From Eubacteriales bacterium (GTDB lineage: Bacteria; Bacillota; Clostridia; Oscillospirales; CAG-272), in assembly GCA_045586845.1 (NCBI GenBank), contig JAZNBB010000079.1:1180-65179 (forward strand): a stretch of DNA of 64,000 bases. The letters run 5' to 3'. Positions 7,740 through 21,893 of this stretch are shown piece after piece. Every line of letters begins with the position of its first letter. Position 1 is the stretch's first letter. The position numbers and the translations under genes are program-made. The notes under the pieces are model-generated. The model was not told the origin of the DNA. It saw nothing but the letters and a program-made list of their open reading frames with translations, and made no database searches.

Positions 7740-10403
7740 TTATTCTTCGATAGATTCTTCGATTTCTTCGGTTTGTGCCTCTGCGTCGATATTTTCCGGT
7801 TTTTCGGGCAGATTTTTATCAAGCATCTGTTCAGGCTCGCTTTCACTCACAACCTCTTCCAGCTCGTCCTGTCTTGCAAGCTTTGTGAAGTTGACGATCT
7901 TCTGTCCGTCGGCAAGACGCATGACGCGCACACCGCCCGCGCTTCTGGAGTAGGTGGGAATGTTTGCAGCGCCCGTACGGATCATGGTACCCGCATCGGT
8001 GATAATCATGACGTCATCGTTGTCGTCCACGATATTGATACCGGACAAAAGACCGGTCTTATCGGATAGGGCATGGCAGGTCACACCGTGACCGCCGCGG
8101 TGCTTCATCTGACGGAAATCGTCAAAGTCGGTACGCTTACCGTAACCGTTCTCGGTAATGGTGATCAGCGATTTACCTTCTGTCACGGTTGCAACGCCGA
8201 CAACGTAATCTTCATTGCGCAGCTTGATACCGCGCACACCTGCAGCCGTTCTGCCCATGGGGCGCACGCTATCGTCGTCGACCGTAAATCTGACTGCACT
8301 GCCTTGTCTGGTCGCAATCATCAAATCGGTGGGGTAGCCGTAGGTGTGGGTCACGAATACCAGCTCGTCACCCTCCTTGAGTGCAAGCGCGATCTTACCG
8401 CCCTTGCGGTGATATGCGTATTCTGTCAAGAGGGTTCTCTTGATGATACCCTGCTTGGTTACCATGGTCAGATATTCACCCTCTGCAAACTCGTGAACCG
8501 AGATCATAGCCGTGATCTTTTCACCCTGGGCAAGCTCCAGGACGTTATTGACGTGTGTACCTTTGGCAGTTCTGGATGCCTCGGGGATCATAAAAGCGCG
8601 CAGCATCTGTACTCTGCCAAGATTAGTAAACAGCATCAGATTGGAGTGCGAGTGTACCACAACTACCTTTTCAATAAAGTCCTCTTCCTTTGTGGTCAAC
8701 GCAGCCTTACCCATACCGCCGCGGTTCTGTGCACTGTATTCGGATGCGGGCTGACGCTTGATATAGCCGCCGTGTGTCAGCGTAATGACGCAATCATGCT
8801 TTTCGATCAGATCCTCAAGCACGATATCGTCCTCGGATTCTTCGATTCTTGTGCGGCGTTCGTCACCGAATCTGCGCTTGATCTCGGTCATTTCATTGCA
8901 AACGATCTCGCGGATGCGGTTGATGTCACCGAGAATTGCTCTGTATTCAATGATAGCGGCGTTGAGTGCTGCCAGCTTTTCCTCGATCTTTTTTCTCTCC
9001 AAGCCGCAAAGACGCCCCAGCGTCATGGAAACGATGGCTTGCGCCTGCTCCTCAGAAAGGTGTGCATCTTCAGCCATGGCAAAGGCTTCGAGATTGAGCG
9101 CGGCAGCCGAGCCATCGTCAGTCTGTTCACCGTTAAAGCGTTCCATCAGATTTTTCTTAGCGGTGGGCTGGTCCTCGGAGGCACGGATAATGTTGATCAC
9201 CTCGTCGAGGTTGTCAATCGCCAGCTTATAACCCTCGTAGATGTGTGCCTCGCGGAGTGCTGCATCTAACTCGTGCTGGGTGCGGCGGGTGATGACGGAC
9301 TCCTGATGACGGATATAGTGATCCAACATCTGAGAGAGGTTCAGGGTCTTTGGCTCGTTACCAACGATTGCAAGCATATTGATCGAGCAGGTATCCTGCA
9401 GCTGAGAGTACTTGTACAGCTGATTGAGAATGATCTGTCCGTTGGCATCACGTTTATATTCAATAACGATTCTCATACCGTTTCTGCCCGACTCGTCGCG
9501 CATATCGGTAATACCCTCTACGCGCTTTTCCTTGACAAGGTTGGCAATCGCTTCGCAAAGCTGACTCTTGTTGACCATATAAGGAATTTCGGTGATAATA
9601 ATACGACGGTTCTCCTCGTCGATCTCCGCCTTTGCACGCACCTGGATCTTACCCTTACCGGTCAGGTATGCTTCCTTGATGCCGTTGGTACCGTAAATCG
9701 TACCGTAGGTGGGGAAGTCGGGACCCTTGATAAACTGCATCAGCTCCTCGATCGAACACTCGGGATTATGAATACGGTAGATAGTGGCATCGATCGTCTC
9801 ACTCAAATTATGGGGTGGAATATTTGTCGCCATACCGACAGCAATACCCACCGAGCCGTTGACCAAGAGGTTAGGGAAGCGGGCAGGGAGCACGCTGGGT
9901 TCACGCAAACGGTTATCGTAGTTGGGCACCATCTGTACCACGTTTTTATCCAGATCCTTGAGCATTTCATCCGAGATCTTGTCAAGACGCGCTTCGGTAT
10001 AACGGTATGCTGCAGGGGGGTCGCCGTCCACACTACCGAAGTTACCGCTGCCCTCTACCAAAGGATAGCGAAGTGAGAAGGGCTGTGCCATACGTACTAA
10101 AGTTCCGTAGACCGAGGAGTCGCCGTGCGGGTGATAACGGCCCAGCACGTTACCGACCGTCTTCGCAGATTTCTGTGTAGGTCTGTCGTGCGTGGCGTGA
10201 TCCTCATACATAGCATAAAGCACGCGGCGCTGACCCGGCTTCAGACCGTCGCGCACGTCGGGCAGAGCGCGCGAAATGATAACCGACATAGAGTATTCGA
10301 TAAAGGATTTTTTGACTTCCTTATCCATACCCACGTCCACGATCTTTTGTTGGTCAAACAAAATATTTTCGTATTCCTGATCTCGTTTGTCTTTTCTGAT
10401 CAT
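7740..10403 (-). CDS. gyrA: DNA gyrase subunit A
   Basis: 887 aa. The motifs [22 protein letters not shown] and HPHGDSSVY are present, followed by C-terminal beta-pinwheel repeats and an acidic tail. Confidence 0.97.
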   Translation of the reverse strand: MIRKDKRDQEYENILFDQQKIVDVGMDKEVKKSFIEYSMSVIISRALPDVRDGLKPGQRRVLYAMYEDHATHDRPTQKSAKTVGNVLGRYHPHGDSSVYGTLVRMAQPFSLRYPLVEGSGNFGSVDGDPPAAYRYTEARLDKISDEMLKDLDKNVVQMVPNYDNRLREPSVLPARFPNLLVNGSVGIAVGMATNIPPHNLSETIDATIYRIHNPECSIEELMQFIKGPDFPTYGTIYGTNGIKEAYLTGKGKIQVRAKAEIDEENRRIIITEIPYMVNKSQLCEAIANLVKEKRVEGITDMRDESGRNGMRIVIEYKRDANGQIILNQLYKYSQLQDTCSINMLAIVGNEPKTLNLSQMLDHYIRHQESVITRRTQHELDAALREAHIYEGYKLAIDNLDEVINIIRASEDQPTAKKNLMERFNGEQTDDGSAAALNLEAFAMAEDAHLSEEQAQAIVSMTLGRLCGLERKKIEEKLAALNAAIIEYRAILGDINRIREIVCNEMTEIKRRFGDERRTRIEESEDDIVLEDLIEKHDCVITLTHGGYIKRQPASEYSAQNRGGMGKAALTTKEEDFIEKVVVVHSHSNLMLFTNLGRVQMLRAFMIPEASRTAKGTHVNNVLELAQGEKITAMISVHEFAEGEYLTMVTKQGIIKRTLLTEYAYHRKGGKIALALKEGDELVFVTHTYGYPTDLMIATRQGSAVRFTVDDDSVRPMGRTAAGVRGIKLRNEDYVVGVATVTEGKSLITITENGYGKRTDFDDFRQMKHRGGHGVTCHALSDKTGLLSGINIVDDNDDVMIITDAGTMIRTGAANIPTYSRSAGGVRVMRLADGQKIVNFTKLARQDELEEVVSESEPEQMLDKNLPEKPENIDAEAQTEEIEESIEE

Positions 10404-10415
10404 TTTGATACCTTC

Positions 10416-10970
10416 TTACATAATTTTATCTATGGTTTGATGCTTGATTTTTCGAATTGGAAGTGTTAATAAAAACACCGCGGGATATGCTATGGGCAGC
10501 GCAATACAAGTACCCAACAAAAGGGGAATACATACGTAGCGCACCACGTCCAAAACAGGCACACTGCCCTCCGACAACAGTACGTATATCACCGCAACCA
10601 CAGCACGCAAGAGAGCAGAAAGCACGCCTACGGCGAGGTATACGGAAAATTTTTTCTTTGGAATCAGCTCAGCGCACACGTACGCACCGTAGCCGCAAAG
10701 CATATATAAAAGCGGTAAAAAGTAAATACCAAACCCGCCTGTACAGTCTGCCAGCACACCTGCAAAAATGCCGAATAATGCGCCGTAAAAGGAGCTGACA
10801 GATCCTGCTAAAACTCCCAAGCCCACCGTCATGCATAAAAGCAGGTCGGGTACAAAAAATGCGTCGTTGAGATAATGCGGCAAAAATGAGGTCTGTGCTG
10901 CACAAAGCAACACACCGCATATGATACAACCTATTATAGTAATTGCGTGCAGTAAAGCGTTTTTTTTCAT
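10416..10970 (-). CDS. mreD: Rod shape-determining protein MreD-like polytopic membrane protein
   Basis: A 184-aa multi-TM protein. Its ATG overlaps the mreC stop codon (ATGA), which is the classical mreC-mreD arrangement. Confidence 0.6.
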   Translation of the reverse strand: MKKNALLHAITIIGCIICGVLLCAAQTSFLPHYLNDAFFVPDLLLCMTVGLGVLAGSVSSFYGALFGIFAGVLADCTGGFGIYFLPLLYMLCGYGAYVCAELIPKKKFSVYLAVGVLSALLRAVVAVIYVLLSEGSVPVLDVVRYVCIPLLLGTCIALPIAYPAVFLLTLPIRKIKHQTIDKIM

Positions 10971-11832
10971 GGCTGCGCGTCCTCAGTCCCGGATTCTCCT
11001 TCCGGTAATTTATCCACGTAGCCCGTGATTACGAATACCTGTTCAAGTGAATCAAAGTCCACGGCAGGCTTGACAGTTGCAGTCAAAGTGCGGCTGTAGG
11101 TATCCGGCATGATCTCCAGCACGTGACCCACGGTCAATCCGGATGGGTAAATGTCACCAAGATCACCCGTGACCACGCGATCGCCGATCTGCAAGGACGC
11201 ATCCTCGGGCAGATAGATCACACGTAACAGCCCATGCTGTCCCATTGTGTAGGGACAGTCGGTCAAACCAACGTCACCCGTGCGCTGCACGTAGACGCCC
11301 ACACCGGTATCATACTGCAAAAGAGTACGTACGCGGCAGGAGTTGACACTGACCTCGCACACATAGCCCACAACACCGTTTTTGGTGATGACCGCCATAT
11401 TTTCACGAATACCAGATGACGTACCCTTATCCAGTGTCAGATATTGCAGATAAGTGCCGTCGCTGCGTCCGAGTACCTGCGCACCCACTGCAGAAAAGGA
11501 CTCGTATCTGTCACGTATGCCGAGATAATCACGCAATGCGGCATTCTCACCCACAGCAAGCTCGGCATCATGCAGCTGATTTTCCAATAACTCTACGCGG
11601 TCTTTAAGCGCTTTGTTTTCTTCATAGAGCGCGCGCATATTGGCAAAGTAGACCGCATAACCGTCAAATGCCTCGGAAAAGCTTGTAAATGCACGCTGAA
11701 AGGGTGCCATGGCGTCCTGTATCATGGCAGCGGGAATATTTTGTACTCCCAAAAAGTAAAACATCGAAAACACGGTCACAACACAAAGCGCCAAGGTCAG
11801 GGATACGATGAATATTTTGTTTTTAATATATT

Positions 11833-11836
<4 letters not shown>
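10967..11836 (-). CDS. mreC: Rod shape-determining protein MreC
   Basis: N-terminal TM, a coiled coil (LKDRVELLENQLHDAEL) and a beta-barrel motif GDIYPSGLTVGHV. I prefer the ATG at 11836: it has the RBS AGGAAAGG and an ATGA overlap with the upstream stop. The alternative is the ORF start at 11869. Confidence 0.8.
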
Positions 11837-14824
<2,988 letters not shown>

Positions 14825-14836
14825 TCAGGTGTGATA

Positions 14837-15097
14837 TCAAAAGACGGAAGGATCCTTGACTCTGCCCCAAAGAGAGCTTGCAGACAGCTGTGAAAAACAG
14901 ATCTTGCAGCCTTGTGCCGTACGGTAGAGTACAAAAGATTTCGGAATCTCCTGCCGTGCCGCATCAAGTAAGCCGTTTTTTTCGGCACGGATCAAATATT
15001 GTCTTGTAATTGAGGAAAGCGTGGCATTATCGGTATCAAAAATGCCCACAATGTCACAAATACGGATATTTTTATTGTTTCCAACGTGTAAAAACAT
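14837..15097 (-). CDS. remB: DUF370 / RemB (YaaB)-like small protein
   Basis: 86 aa. The N-terminus MFLHVGNNKNIRICDIVGIFD is typical of the family. It sits in the conserved position between recF and gyrB, as in Bacillus. Confidence 0.65.
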   Translation of the reverse strand: MFLHVGNNKNIRICDIVGIFDTDNATLSSITRQYLIRAEKNGLLDAARQEIPKSFVLYRTAQGCKICFSQLSASSLWGRVKDPSVF

Positions 15098-15101
15098 AAT
15101 T

Positions 15102-16220
15102 TTACTCTCTTCTTTGATACGTGCCGTTCTTTACCAGCACAATATTTGAGCCGCCTGCAAGCCCACTTTCACACGAGGTCATGATGACTTGGCGGTCTCG
15201 TATCTCATCCAACAAAAAGGTACGGCGGGAAGCATCCAATTCGGAGAGCACGTCGTCAAACAGAAAGACGGGATATTCACAATCACCCAGCTCACGTGAA
15301 ATTTCGCCCTCTGCCATTTTCATGGCAAGTGCTATAGATCTCTGTTGCCCCTGAGAGGCAAAAATTCGCGCGTATTTACCGTTTAATTCAATTTCAAGGT
15401 CATCACGGTGCGTACCCCATAAAGTGCTTCCTGCAGCAATTTCGCGGTCGTGGTGCGACATATACAGTCGCATATAGGCGCGCTCACAATATTCTCTGTC
15501 AGCGTACATATCCGGCTCAATGTGTGCCTTACCCATATACGACACACTCACCTGCTCGCGCTCACCGGACATACCTGCGAAAAATTCGCTCACATAGCGG
15601 TTTAAGCGTTTGACGTACTCATATCGTACAGACGCGATATAAGCCGCTTCATGCGCAAGCTGTGCGCTCCACAGCTCTACTGTATCGTCAAAGTTTTTTC
15701 GGTTTGTTTCCGCTTCCTTTAAAAGGCTGTTTCTCTGTTTGAGCAGCTGATTATATCTCTGTAGCGCGCGTACGTATGCAGGATGCAGCTGTGAGATGGC
15801 TACGTCCAAAAAATTGCGGCGTTCCCCCGGTCCTTCCTTAACCAAAGAAAGATGCTCGGGACAAAACAATACTACACGGAAGTTACCCAACAGCTGACTG
15901 GTGCGCGCCAGACTGACACCATTGTGATACACACGGCGGCGCGCTTTGGCACTTGCATACAGCTGCATTTCCACGGTCTGCTCACGCTTATTGTCCGCAA
16001 AATGCTGCTTGATACTGCATTCCTCCTGACCAAAACGTACAAGCTCGGCGTCTTTTGCCTGCCGGAAAGTCTTGCCAAGGGCACACAGATAAATGGCTTC
16101 AAGCAGATTGGTCTTTCCTTGCGCGTTATCACCCGCCAAAACGTTAACGCCGGGGGTAAAATCCACACATGCGTGCTCAATATTGCGAAAATTGCAGACC
16201 TCTATGCGATTGCATTGCAT
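15102..16220 (-). CDS. recF: DNA replication and repair protein RecF
   Basis: The Walker A motif GDNAQGKTNLLEA, the SMC-like signature SQGQQRS and the Walker B motif VFLFDDV are present. It is syntenic with dnaN. Confidence 0.95.
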   Translation of the reverse strand: MQCNRIEVCNFRNIEHACVDFTPGVNVLAGDNAQGKTNLLEAIYLCALGKTFRQAKDAELVRFGQEECSIKQHFADNKREQTVEMQLYASAKARRRVYHNGVSLARTSQLLGNFRVVLFCPEHLSLVKEGPGERRNFLDVAISQLHPAYVRALQRYNQLLKQRNSLLKEAETNRKNFDDTVELWSAQLAHEAAYIASVRYEYVKRLNRYVSEFFAGMSGEREQVSVSYMGKAHIEPDMYADREYCERAYMRLYMSHHDREIAAGSTLWGTHRDDLEIELNGKYARIFASQGQQRSIALAMKMAEGEISRELGDCEYPVFLFDDVLSELDASRRTFLLDEIRDRQVIMTSCESGLAGGSNIVLVKNGTYQRRE

Positions 16221-16227
16221 AAAATGA

Positions 16228-17373
16228 TCAGTCCTTCATACGAACGGGCAGCAATAAGAACAGCTCCTTGTCCTCACCCTGCTCCGAGGGCTCAATGTTG
16301 ATGCTGGAGAGTGCCGAGGTCATGCTCAGCTTGACTCTGTCAGCCGTGCAGGAGCGCAGTGAATCGATCAGATAGCGGTTGTTAAAGGCAATGACCAGAT
16401 CGCTGCCCTCATGTTCAACGGTAAGCTCCTCGTAAGTAGAGCCGGCAGTCGAGGTTGCCGAGATCTTGAGCACATCCCCCTCTACGGTCAGCTTAACGTG
16501 CGAACGTACGCTGCCTGCAATTCTCTCTTCTGTGACAAGTGCAGCACGCTCCAGAGCACCGATCAGCACGGCTCTGTCAAGCTCTACGCTGATTCTGTGA
16601 TTGGTCATAATGATGCGGTTATAATCAATATAGTCACCATCGATCAGACGAGAGAAAAATATCATATGATCAAGGTCAAATACAATATTCTTTCGGCTGG
16701 TATAAACGGTAACGGTCGCATCCTCGTCGTTCTCCATCATTCTGTAAAGCTCGTTTACGGTCTTGCAGGGAATGATGAATGAAAAATCAGAGTTACCCTG
16801 TGCGGTAAAAGCATCGATCTCTGTAGTCACGTTGCATTTTGCTAACTTGAACGAATCGCAGGATACAAGGTAAAGGGTATTGCCCGCGATCTTAAAATGA
16901 CAGCCGTTAAGCACGGGACGCTGGTCGTTGACACCCATGGCGTACATGACCTTGGAGAGCATCTCCTTGAGTACTGCCTGTCCCATCTTAAAACCGTTTT
17001 GCGAGGTCAGACGGGGAATCTCGGGAAAATCCGCACCTGCAAGCGCATTCATTTTATGGGAAGAGTTAGCCGAAACGATCTCGGCTCCCAGCTTTTCATT
17101 CACGGTCAAGGTGACGGTATCACCTTCCATGACGCGAATGGTCTGCACGAACTTCTGTGCATTGATGATGTAACAACCGGGCTCCTCTACCTCTGCGTTA
17201 ATGACCAAACGCACACCCTTTTCCAGGTCAAAGGTGGTCAGCACGCAGGTGTTGTCCTCTTTTGCTTCAAACAGAATTCCCTCAACGGCGGTCAGCGTGG
17301 ATTTGCCGGATACTGCGCACATCAGGGGCGCGACGGCATTGCAAATTTCCTGTCGGTTAAAAACGATCTTCAT
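16228..17373 (-). CDS. dnaN: DNA polymerase III beta sliding clamp
   Basis: 381 aa with three-domain clamp length and pattern. It lies immediately downstream of dnaA. Confidence 0.95.
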   Translation of the reverse strand: MKIVFNRQEICNAVAPLMCAVSGKSTLTAVEGILFEAKEDNTCVLTTFDLEKGVRLVINAEVEEPGCYIINAQKFVQTIRVMEGDTVTLTVNEKLGAEIVSANSSHKMNALAGADFPEIPRLTSQNGFKMGQAVLKEMLSKVMYAMGVNDQRPVLNGCHFKIAGNTLYLVSCDSFKLAKCNVTTEIDAFTAQGNSDFSFIIPCKTVNELYRMMENDEDATVTVYTSRKNIVFDLDHMIFFSRLIDGDYIDYNRIIMTNHRISVELDRAVLIGALERAALVTEERIAGSVRSHVKLTVEGDVLKISATSTAGSTYEELTVEHEGSDLVIAFNNRYLIDSLRSCTADRVKLSMTSALSSINIEPSEQGEDKELFLLLPVRMKD

Positions 17374-17698
17374 AAATATGCTCCTTTTTGAATTTTTTAC
17401 GCATTTTGCGCAAGCATCGCGCGCGTGCGAGAGATAGAGAGATAATATATTCTCAGTAGTTTTAACAGTAGTTGCTGTGCAAAATGTGGAAAAGTCTCAT
17501 TTTGCTTATTTTACAAGAAAATGTAAAGACAAAAAGCTGTGTTTTGATTATGAGAAACAAGCGGAAAAGATGATGGTAAGCTGTGTAAAAATTTCGGCGT
17601 AACATCTGTCCTTGCATATCTTTGTCATACCTCTGTACGACATATATGTCGCTGTGGAAAATTTTACCTCGGTTTTACACAGGTTATGAAATCTCTTT
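17374..17698. other. Candidate oriC segment (dnaA-dnaN spacer with DnaA-box-like 9-mers)
   Basis: TGTGGAAAA occurs at 17485..17493 and 17653..17661, an 8/9 match to TGTGGATAA. TGTGTAAAA occurs at 17582..17590 and TTTTACACA at 17673..17681 (7/9 each). The spacer is non-coding and AT-rich. Confidence 0.55.
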
Positions 17699-19108
17699 TC
17701 AGTTTTCCTTGACCGATTTGATCAACTCGTCGATCTCCAGTGAAAAAGACTGAGAGGAAATGATTTTCTTTTCCACGGTCTCGATCGAGGAGATGACGGT
17801 GGTGTGGTTGCGATTGAGTATCTTACCGATGCCGGGGAAGGACATATCTGTGATCTGCCTGATCAGGTAGATGGCAATGTGTCTTGCTTGTGCTATGTCC
17901 TTGGTGCGTCGTTCACCGATAATGTCCTCTTTCTTGATGCCGTATTTTTTATAGACCGCGGTAAAGATCTTATCTACGGTCACGTTCACAGGTTCGGCTC
18001 CGCCCAGCAGCTCGTCTATGCAGGAGCGTGCTACCTCCATGTTGATCACTTTTCCGTATACAAAGCCGATCGCGCTGAGCTTGCGTACTGCTCCTTCGAT
18101 CTGTCGGATGTTGGAGCGCAGATTTTCCGCTAAAAATTCTAACACCTCGTCCGAAATCTCAATGCCGATCTGATCTGCCTTCTTTTTGATGATGGCAACA
18201 CGCAGTTCGGGATCCGGCGGCTGAATGTCTGCAATGAGTCCCCATTCAAATCTGGTCTTGAGTCTGTCCTCAAGTGTCTGAATATCTCTTGGCGGCTTAT
18301 CCGAAGTCAGAATGATCTGCTTACCATCCTCATGTAAAGCGTTGAAGGTATGGAAAAATTCTTCTTGTGTGGAAACTTTGCCTGCAATGAATTGAATATC
18401 ATCGATCATGAGAATATCGCAACTGCGGTATTTTTCACGAAATTCATTCATGCTGCGGCGTGCCATGCATTCAATCATCTGGTTGGTAAAGTCCTCACCC
18501 TTGATATAAATGACCTTGATATCGGGACGCTTACGCTTGAACTCGTTGGTAATGGCGTAAAGCAGGTGTGTTTTTCCAAGACCGGACGGACCGTAGATAA
18601 ACAGAGGATTATAATCGGTCGCGGGATGGTTTGCCACGGCAACGCAGGCCGCATGCGCAAACTTATTGGAATTACCTACGATAAAGTTGTCAAAGGTGTA
18701 TTCAAATTTAAAGGGTGGGAGTGTCGAGCCGACTGTGGGCTTTGGTAAGGGCTCCACCTCGGGTGCGGTTGCCATTGCTTTTGCATTTGCGGCGGCTTCC
18801 TCTTTTGCCGCGCGTGCAAAGCGTTCGCGCAGATTTTCAATGCCCTTGGTGTCTCCAGAAAAAATCAGATCCACCTTAACGTCCATGCCAAGATTTTCCG
18901 AAAATTTTTGCTCTATCTCGGCAAGGTATTTGCTTTTGATAATGTTGATCTTGATTTCAGAGGGCGTCACCATGGTAATGATGCCATTTTCAAAGCTTTT
19001 AATCTCCAGCCCGCCGAACCAGACGTCGCAGATCAGATCTCCCATCGTGCCGCGATAGTATTCTTTGATCCCGTCCCAAAGCGCCCCCAGCAGATCTAAA
19101 ATTTCCAT
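17699..19108 (-). CDS. dnaA: Chromosomal replication initiator DnaA
   Basis: The AAA+ motifs GPSGLGKTHLL and ILMIDDIQF are present, as is the domain IV motif RTKDIAQARHIAIYL. Confidence 0.97.
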   Translation of the reverse strand: MEILDLLGALWDGIKEYYRGTMGDLICDVWFGGLEIKSFENGIITMVTPSEIKINIIKSKYLAEIEQKFSENLGMDVKVDLIFSGDTKGIENLRERFARAAKEEAAANAKAMATAPEVEPLPKPTVGSTLPPFKFEYTFDNFIVGNSNKFAHAACVAVANHPATDYNPLFIYGPSGLGKTHLLYAITNEFKRKRPDIKVIYIKGEDFTNQMIECMARRSMNEFREKYRSCDILMIDDIQFIAGKVSTQEEFFHTFNALHEDGKQIILTSDKPPRDIQTLEDRLKTRFEWGLIADIQPPDPELRVAIIKKKADQIGIEISDEVLEFLAENLRSNIRQIEGAVRKLSAIGFVYGKVINMEVARSCIDELLGGAEPVNVTVDKIFTAVYKKYGIKKEDIIGERRTKDIAQARHIAIYLIRQITDMSFPGIGKILNRNHTTVISSIETVEKKIISSQSFSLEIDELIKSVKEN

Positions 19109-19249
19109 ATAAATTCCTTTCCCTTATGGGTAACTATAATCTTATAAATAATATAAGTTATTATATATTATAACATATAATAGCCGTAAAAGCAACCCTA
19201 AATACAGTTTTTTTGAGATTTTTTGTGTAAAAAAGTTTACATTTGTTCA

Positions 19250-19278
19250 TTGCAATCGAGTACTGAATATGGTATAAT
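19250..19278 (+). promoter_or_regulatory. Sigma-A type promoter of copA
   Basis: TTGCAA, a 17-nt spacer, then TATAAT, with TG at -15/-14. Confidence 0.55.
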
Positions 19279-19311
19279 TTAAATGTAAATTTTTTATGAA
19301 AAGAGATTTTT

Positions 19312-21846
19312 ATGGCAAAAATCAGATACAGTGTCAAAGGAATGACCTGTGCTGCCTGCGTTGGGCACGTAGAGCGCGCCGTCAAAGGCGTTCTTACAGA
19401 TCAGAAGATCAATTTTTCGGTCAGTCTTCTGACAAATTCCCTGTCTGTTATCTATCCGGATGGATATACGTCGGCAGAGATCAAAAAAACAGAAAAAAAG
19501 CTATCTGCCGCCGTTACGTCGGCAGGTTATGCTTTGGAAGCGGAAAGAAATAAAGATGCAGAGCTTGCCGAAGAAAAGGTACAAAGCAAGCGTACGTTGA
19601 TCAGATTTATCATCAGTGCTGTACTCACCGCAACCGTCATGTTCATTGCTATGGGCAATATGATGGGCGTGCCGTTTTTGGCGTTTTTCTCTCAGCCCCG
19701 GTGGGCTCTTTGGTTCGTGCTTTTGCAGGTCGCACTTACCTTGCCCGTGCTGATATTGAATTACGGCTTCTTTTTTCGCGGTTTTCGCGCACTTATACAT
19801 TTTTCCCCGAACATGGATACCCTGATCGGTATCGGCTCGTCTGCTGCGTTTATTTACGGCGTATGGGCGGCAATCGAGATAGGCATTGCAACCGCTACAG
19901 GAAATCACACACTGCTGCACGAATGGCTGCATTCACTTTATCTTGAGTCGGCTGCCATGATCGTAACGTTGGTTTCTCTTGGAAAGCTGCTTGAAAACAG
20001 AGCAAAAAACCGTGCAGGACAAGCTGTGCGGGCATTATCATCGCTTTTACCGGAAGATGCGAATGTATTACGCGACGATGTATGGCAACGTATTCCTCTG
20101 TCCAAGGTCGTAATCGGTGATCTGGTACTGATCAGACAAGGAGAGAGGATCCCCGTGGATGGTACAGTAACGGAAGGACAGGGAAGCGTGGATGAATCTC
20201 TTTTAAGCGGAGAGAGTATACCTGTGGAAAAGCACGTGGGAGATATCGTCAGCGGTGCCTGTACATTAACAAGCGGATATTTGCAGGTACGTGTGGATCG
20301 TGTCGGACAGGATACCGCACTGCAAAAGATCATTGATCTGCTTGAACAGGCTGCAGCATCAAAAGCACCCATTGCGCGTGTAGCGGACAAGGTAAGCGGC
20401 ATTTTCGTGCCTTGCGTCATGGGTATTTCGCTTATTACGGCTGTGGTGTGGTTGATCGTGACAGGCGGAGACGTCAATCAGGCACTTCGCTGTGCAATAT
20501 CCGTATTGGTCATATCTTGTCCTTGTGCGCTCGGACTCGCCACACCAACAGCAATCATGGTAGGTACGGGTCGCGGTGCAGGTGAAGGTGTATTGATCAA
20601 AAGCGGCGAAGCCTTGGAAGCCTTGCAAAGTGTGGAATACGTACTTATGGACAAGACCGGCACGCTGACCGAGGGTAAGCCTGCAGTGTCAAACGTACAA
20701 GTGTTTGAAGGCTTTGATTTACATGATCTGATATCCTATGCATATGCTGCAGAGAGCCTTTCGGCACATCCTTTGTCGGCAGCAATTTGCAGCTATGCCG
20801 AGCAAAATAGCGTCTTATTACTGTCTGCGACCGATTATGAATCTGCGGTTGGTTACGGTATTGGTGCTTGTATAGAAGGCAAGCGTGTGCTCGTGGGTAA
20901 GCCGCAATATCTGGCAGATCACGGCGTGATGCTGCAGCAAGAGCAAAAAAGTATATTTGAGTTTTATCAAAAAAGCGGTTTTACGGTTGTTTTGGTGTCT
21001 GTAGACGGAAAGGCTGCCGGGATGATCAGTATTTCTGACCCTATTCGCACAGAGAGTGCTCAAACGGTCGCTGCGCTTGCGGATATGGGCATTACTTGTG
21101 TTATGTTGACAGGGGATAATCCGGTAACGGCGCAGGCAATTTCTACGCAAGCGGGAATTAAGGATGTGCATGCGTCACTGTTGCCCGAGGATAAGGAGCG
21201 TATCATTTGTGAATATTTAGCAAAGGGTACGACAGCTATGGTGGGTGACGGTATTAACGATGCCCCCGCATTGGCGCGTGCCGACGTAGGTATTGCAATC
21301 GGTACGGGTACCGAGGTTGCCATTGATTCTGCCGACGTCGTACTGTCAAAAAGCTCGCTTTGGGGCGTGGTACAGGCAATCAGACTCAGCCGTGAAACTG
21401 TGCGTGTGATCAGACAAAACTTGTTTTGGGCTTTGATCTATAACAGTATTTGTATTCCGCTTGCGGCGGGTGTGCTCGCTCCTGTAGGTATTGTATTAAA
21501 TCCCATGATTGCCTCTGTAGCAATGAGCTTTTCCTCAGTCAGCGTGGTGCTCAATTCCTTAAGACTTAAAAAGCCTGCCAAATATCGGGCAGGTGTTAAA
21601 TATAAGCTTCATAAAAAAAGGAGAAAGAATATGGCAGAGCAGATAATTATTCTTGACGTACAGGGTATGATGTGTCATAAATGCGTCGCTCACGTGAAAA
21701 AGGCACTTGAGAGTGTCAAGGGTGTCAAATCGGCAGAGGTCAGCTTGGATGAAAATACAGCTACAGTTATTTATACGGGTAAAAAGCCCGAAGCTCTTGC
21801 AAAGGCAGTGACCGACGAAGGTTATCCTGCAAAGATCAAAGAATAA
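19312..21846 (+). CDS. copA: Copper-translocating P1B-type ATPase with N-terminal HMA domain and an extra C-terminal CopZ-like HMA domain
   Basis: The N-terminal motif is [11 protein letters not shown]. The TM6 motif is CPC, and DKTGTLT and GDGINDAP are also present. The final 71 aa (from Met774, nt 21631) form a second [11 protein letters not shown] ferredoxin-like domain. Confidence 0.9.
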   Translation: MAKIRYSVKGMTCAACVGHVERAVKGVLTDQKINFSVSLLTNSLSVIYPDGYTSAEIKKTEKKLSAAVTSAGYALEAERNKDAELAEEKVQSKRTLIRFIISAVLTATVMFIAMGNMMGVPFLAFFSQPRWALWFVLLQVALTLPVLILNYGFFFRGFRALIHFSPNMDTLIGIGSSAAFIYGVWAAIEIGIATATGNHTLLHEWLHSLYLESAAMIVTLVSLGKLLENRAKNRAGQAVRALSSLLPEDANVLRDDVWQRIPLSKVVIGDLVLIRQGERIPVDGTVTEGQGSVDESLLSGESIPVEKHVGDIVSGACTLTSGYLQVRVDRVGQDTALQKIIDLLEQAAASKAPIARVADKVSGIFVPCVMGISLITAVVWLIVTGGDVNQALRCAISVLVISCPCALGLATPTAIMVGTGRGAGEGVLIKSGEALEALQSVEYVLMDKTGTLTEGKPAVSNVQVFEGFDLHDLISYAYAAESLSAHPLSAAICSYAEQNSVLLLSATDYESAVGYGIGACIEGKRVLVGKPQYLADHGVMLQQEQKSIFEFYQKSGFTVVLVSVDGKAAGMISISDPIRTESAQTVAALADMGITCVMLTGDNPVTAQAISTQAGIKDVHASLLPEDKERIICEYLAKGTTAMVGDGINDAPALARADVGIAIGTGTEVAIDSADVVLSKSSLWGVVQAIRLSRETVRVIRQNLFWALIYNSICIPLAAGVLAPVGIVLNPMIASVAMSFSSVSVVLNSLRLKKPAKYRAGVKYKLHKKRRKNMAEQIIILDVQGMMCHKCVAHVKKALESVKGVKSAEVSLDENTATVIYTGKKPEALAKAVTDEGYPAKIKE

Positions 21847-21862
21847 TGAAGTAAAAAATAAG

Positions 21863-21889
21863 AAAAACCCTTGCATTGCAAGGGTTTTT
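21863..21889. terminator. Bidirectional terminator between copA and the convergent hydrolase gene
   Basis: AAAAA-CCCTTGC-ATT-GCAAGGG-TTTTT. Confidence 0.75.
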
Positions 21890-21893
21890 CTTA

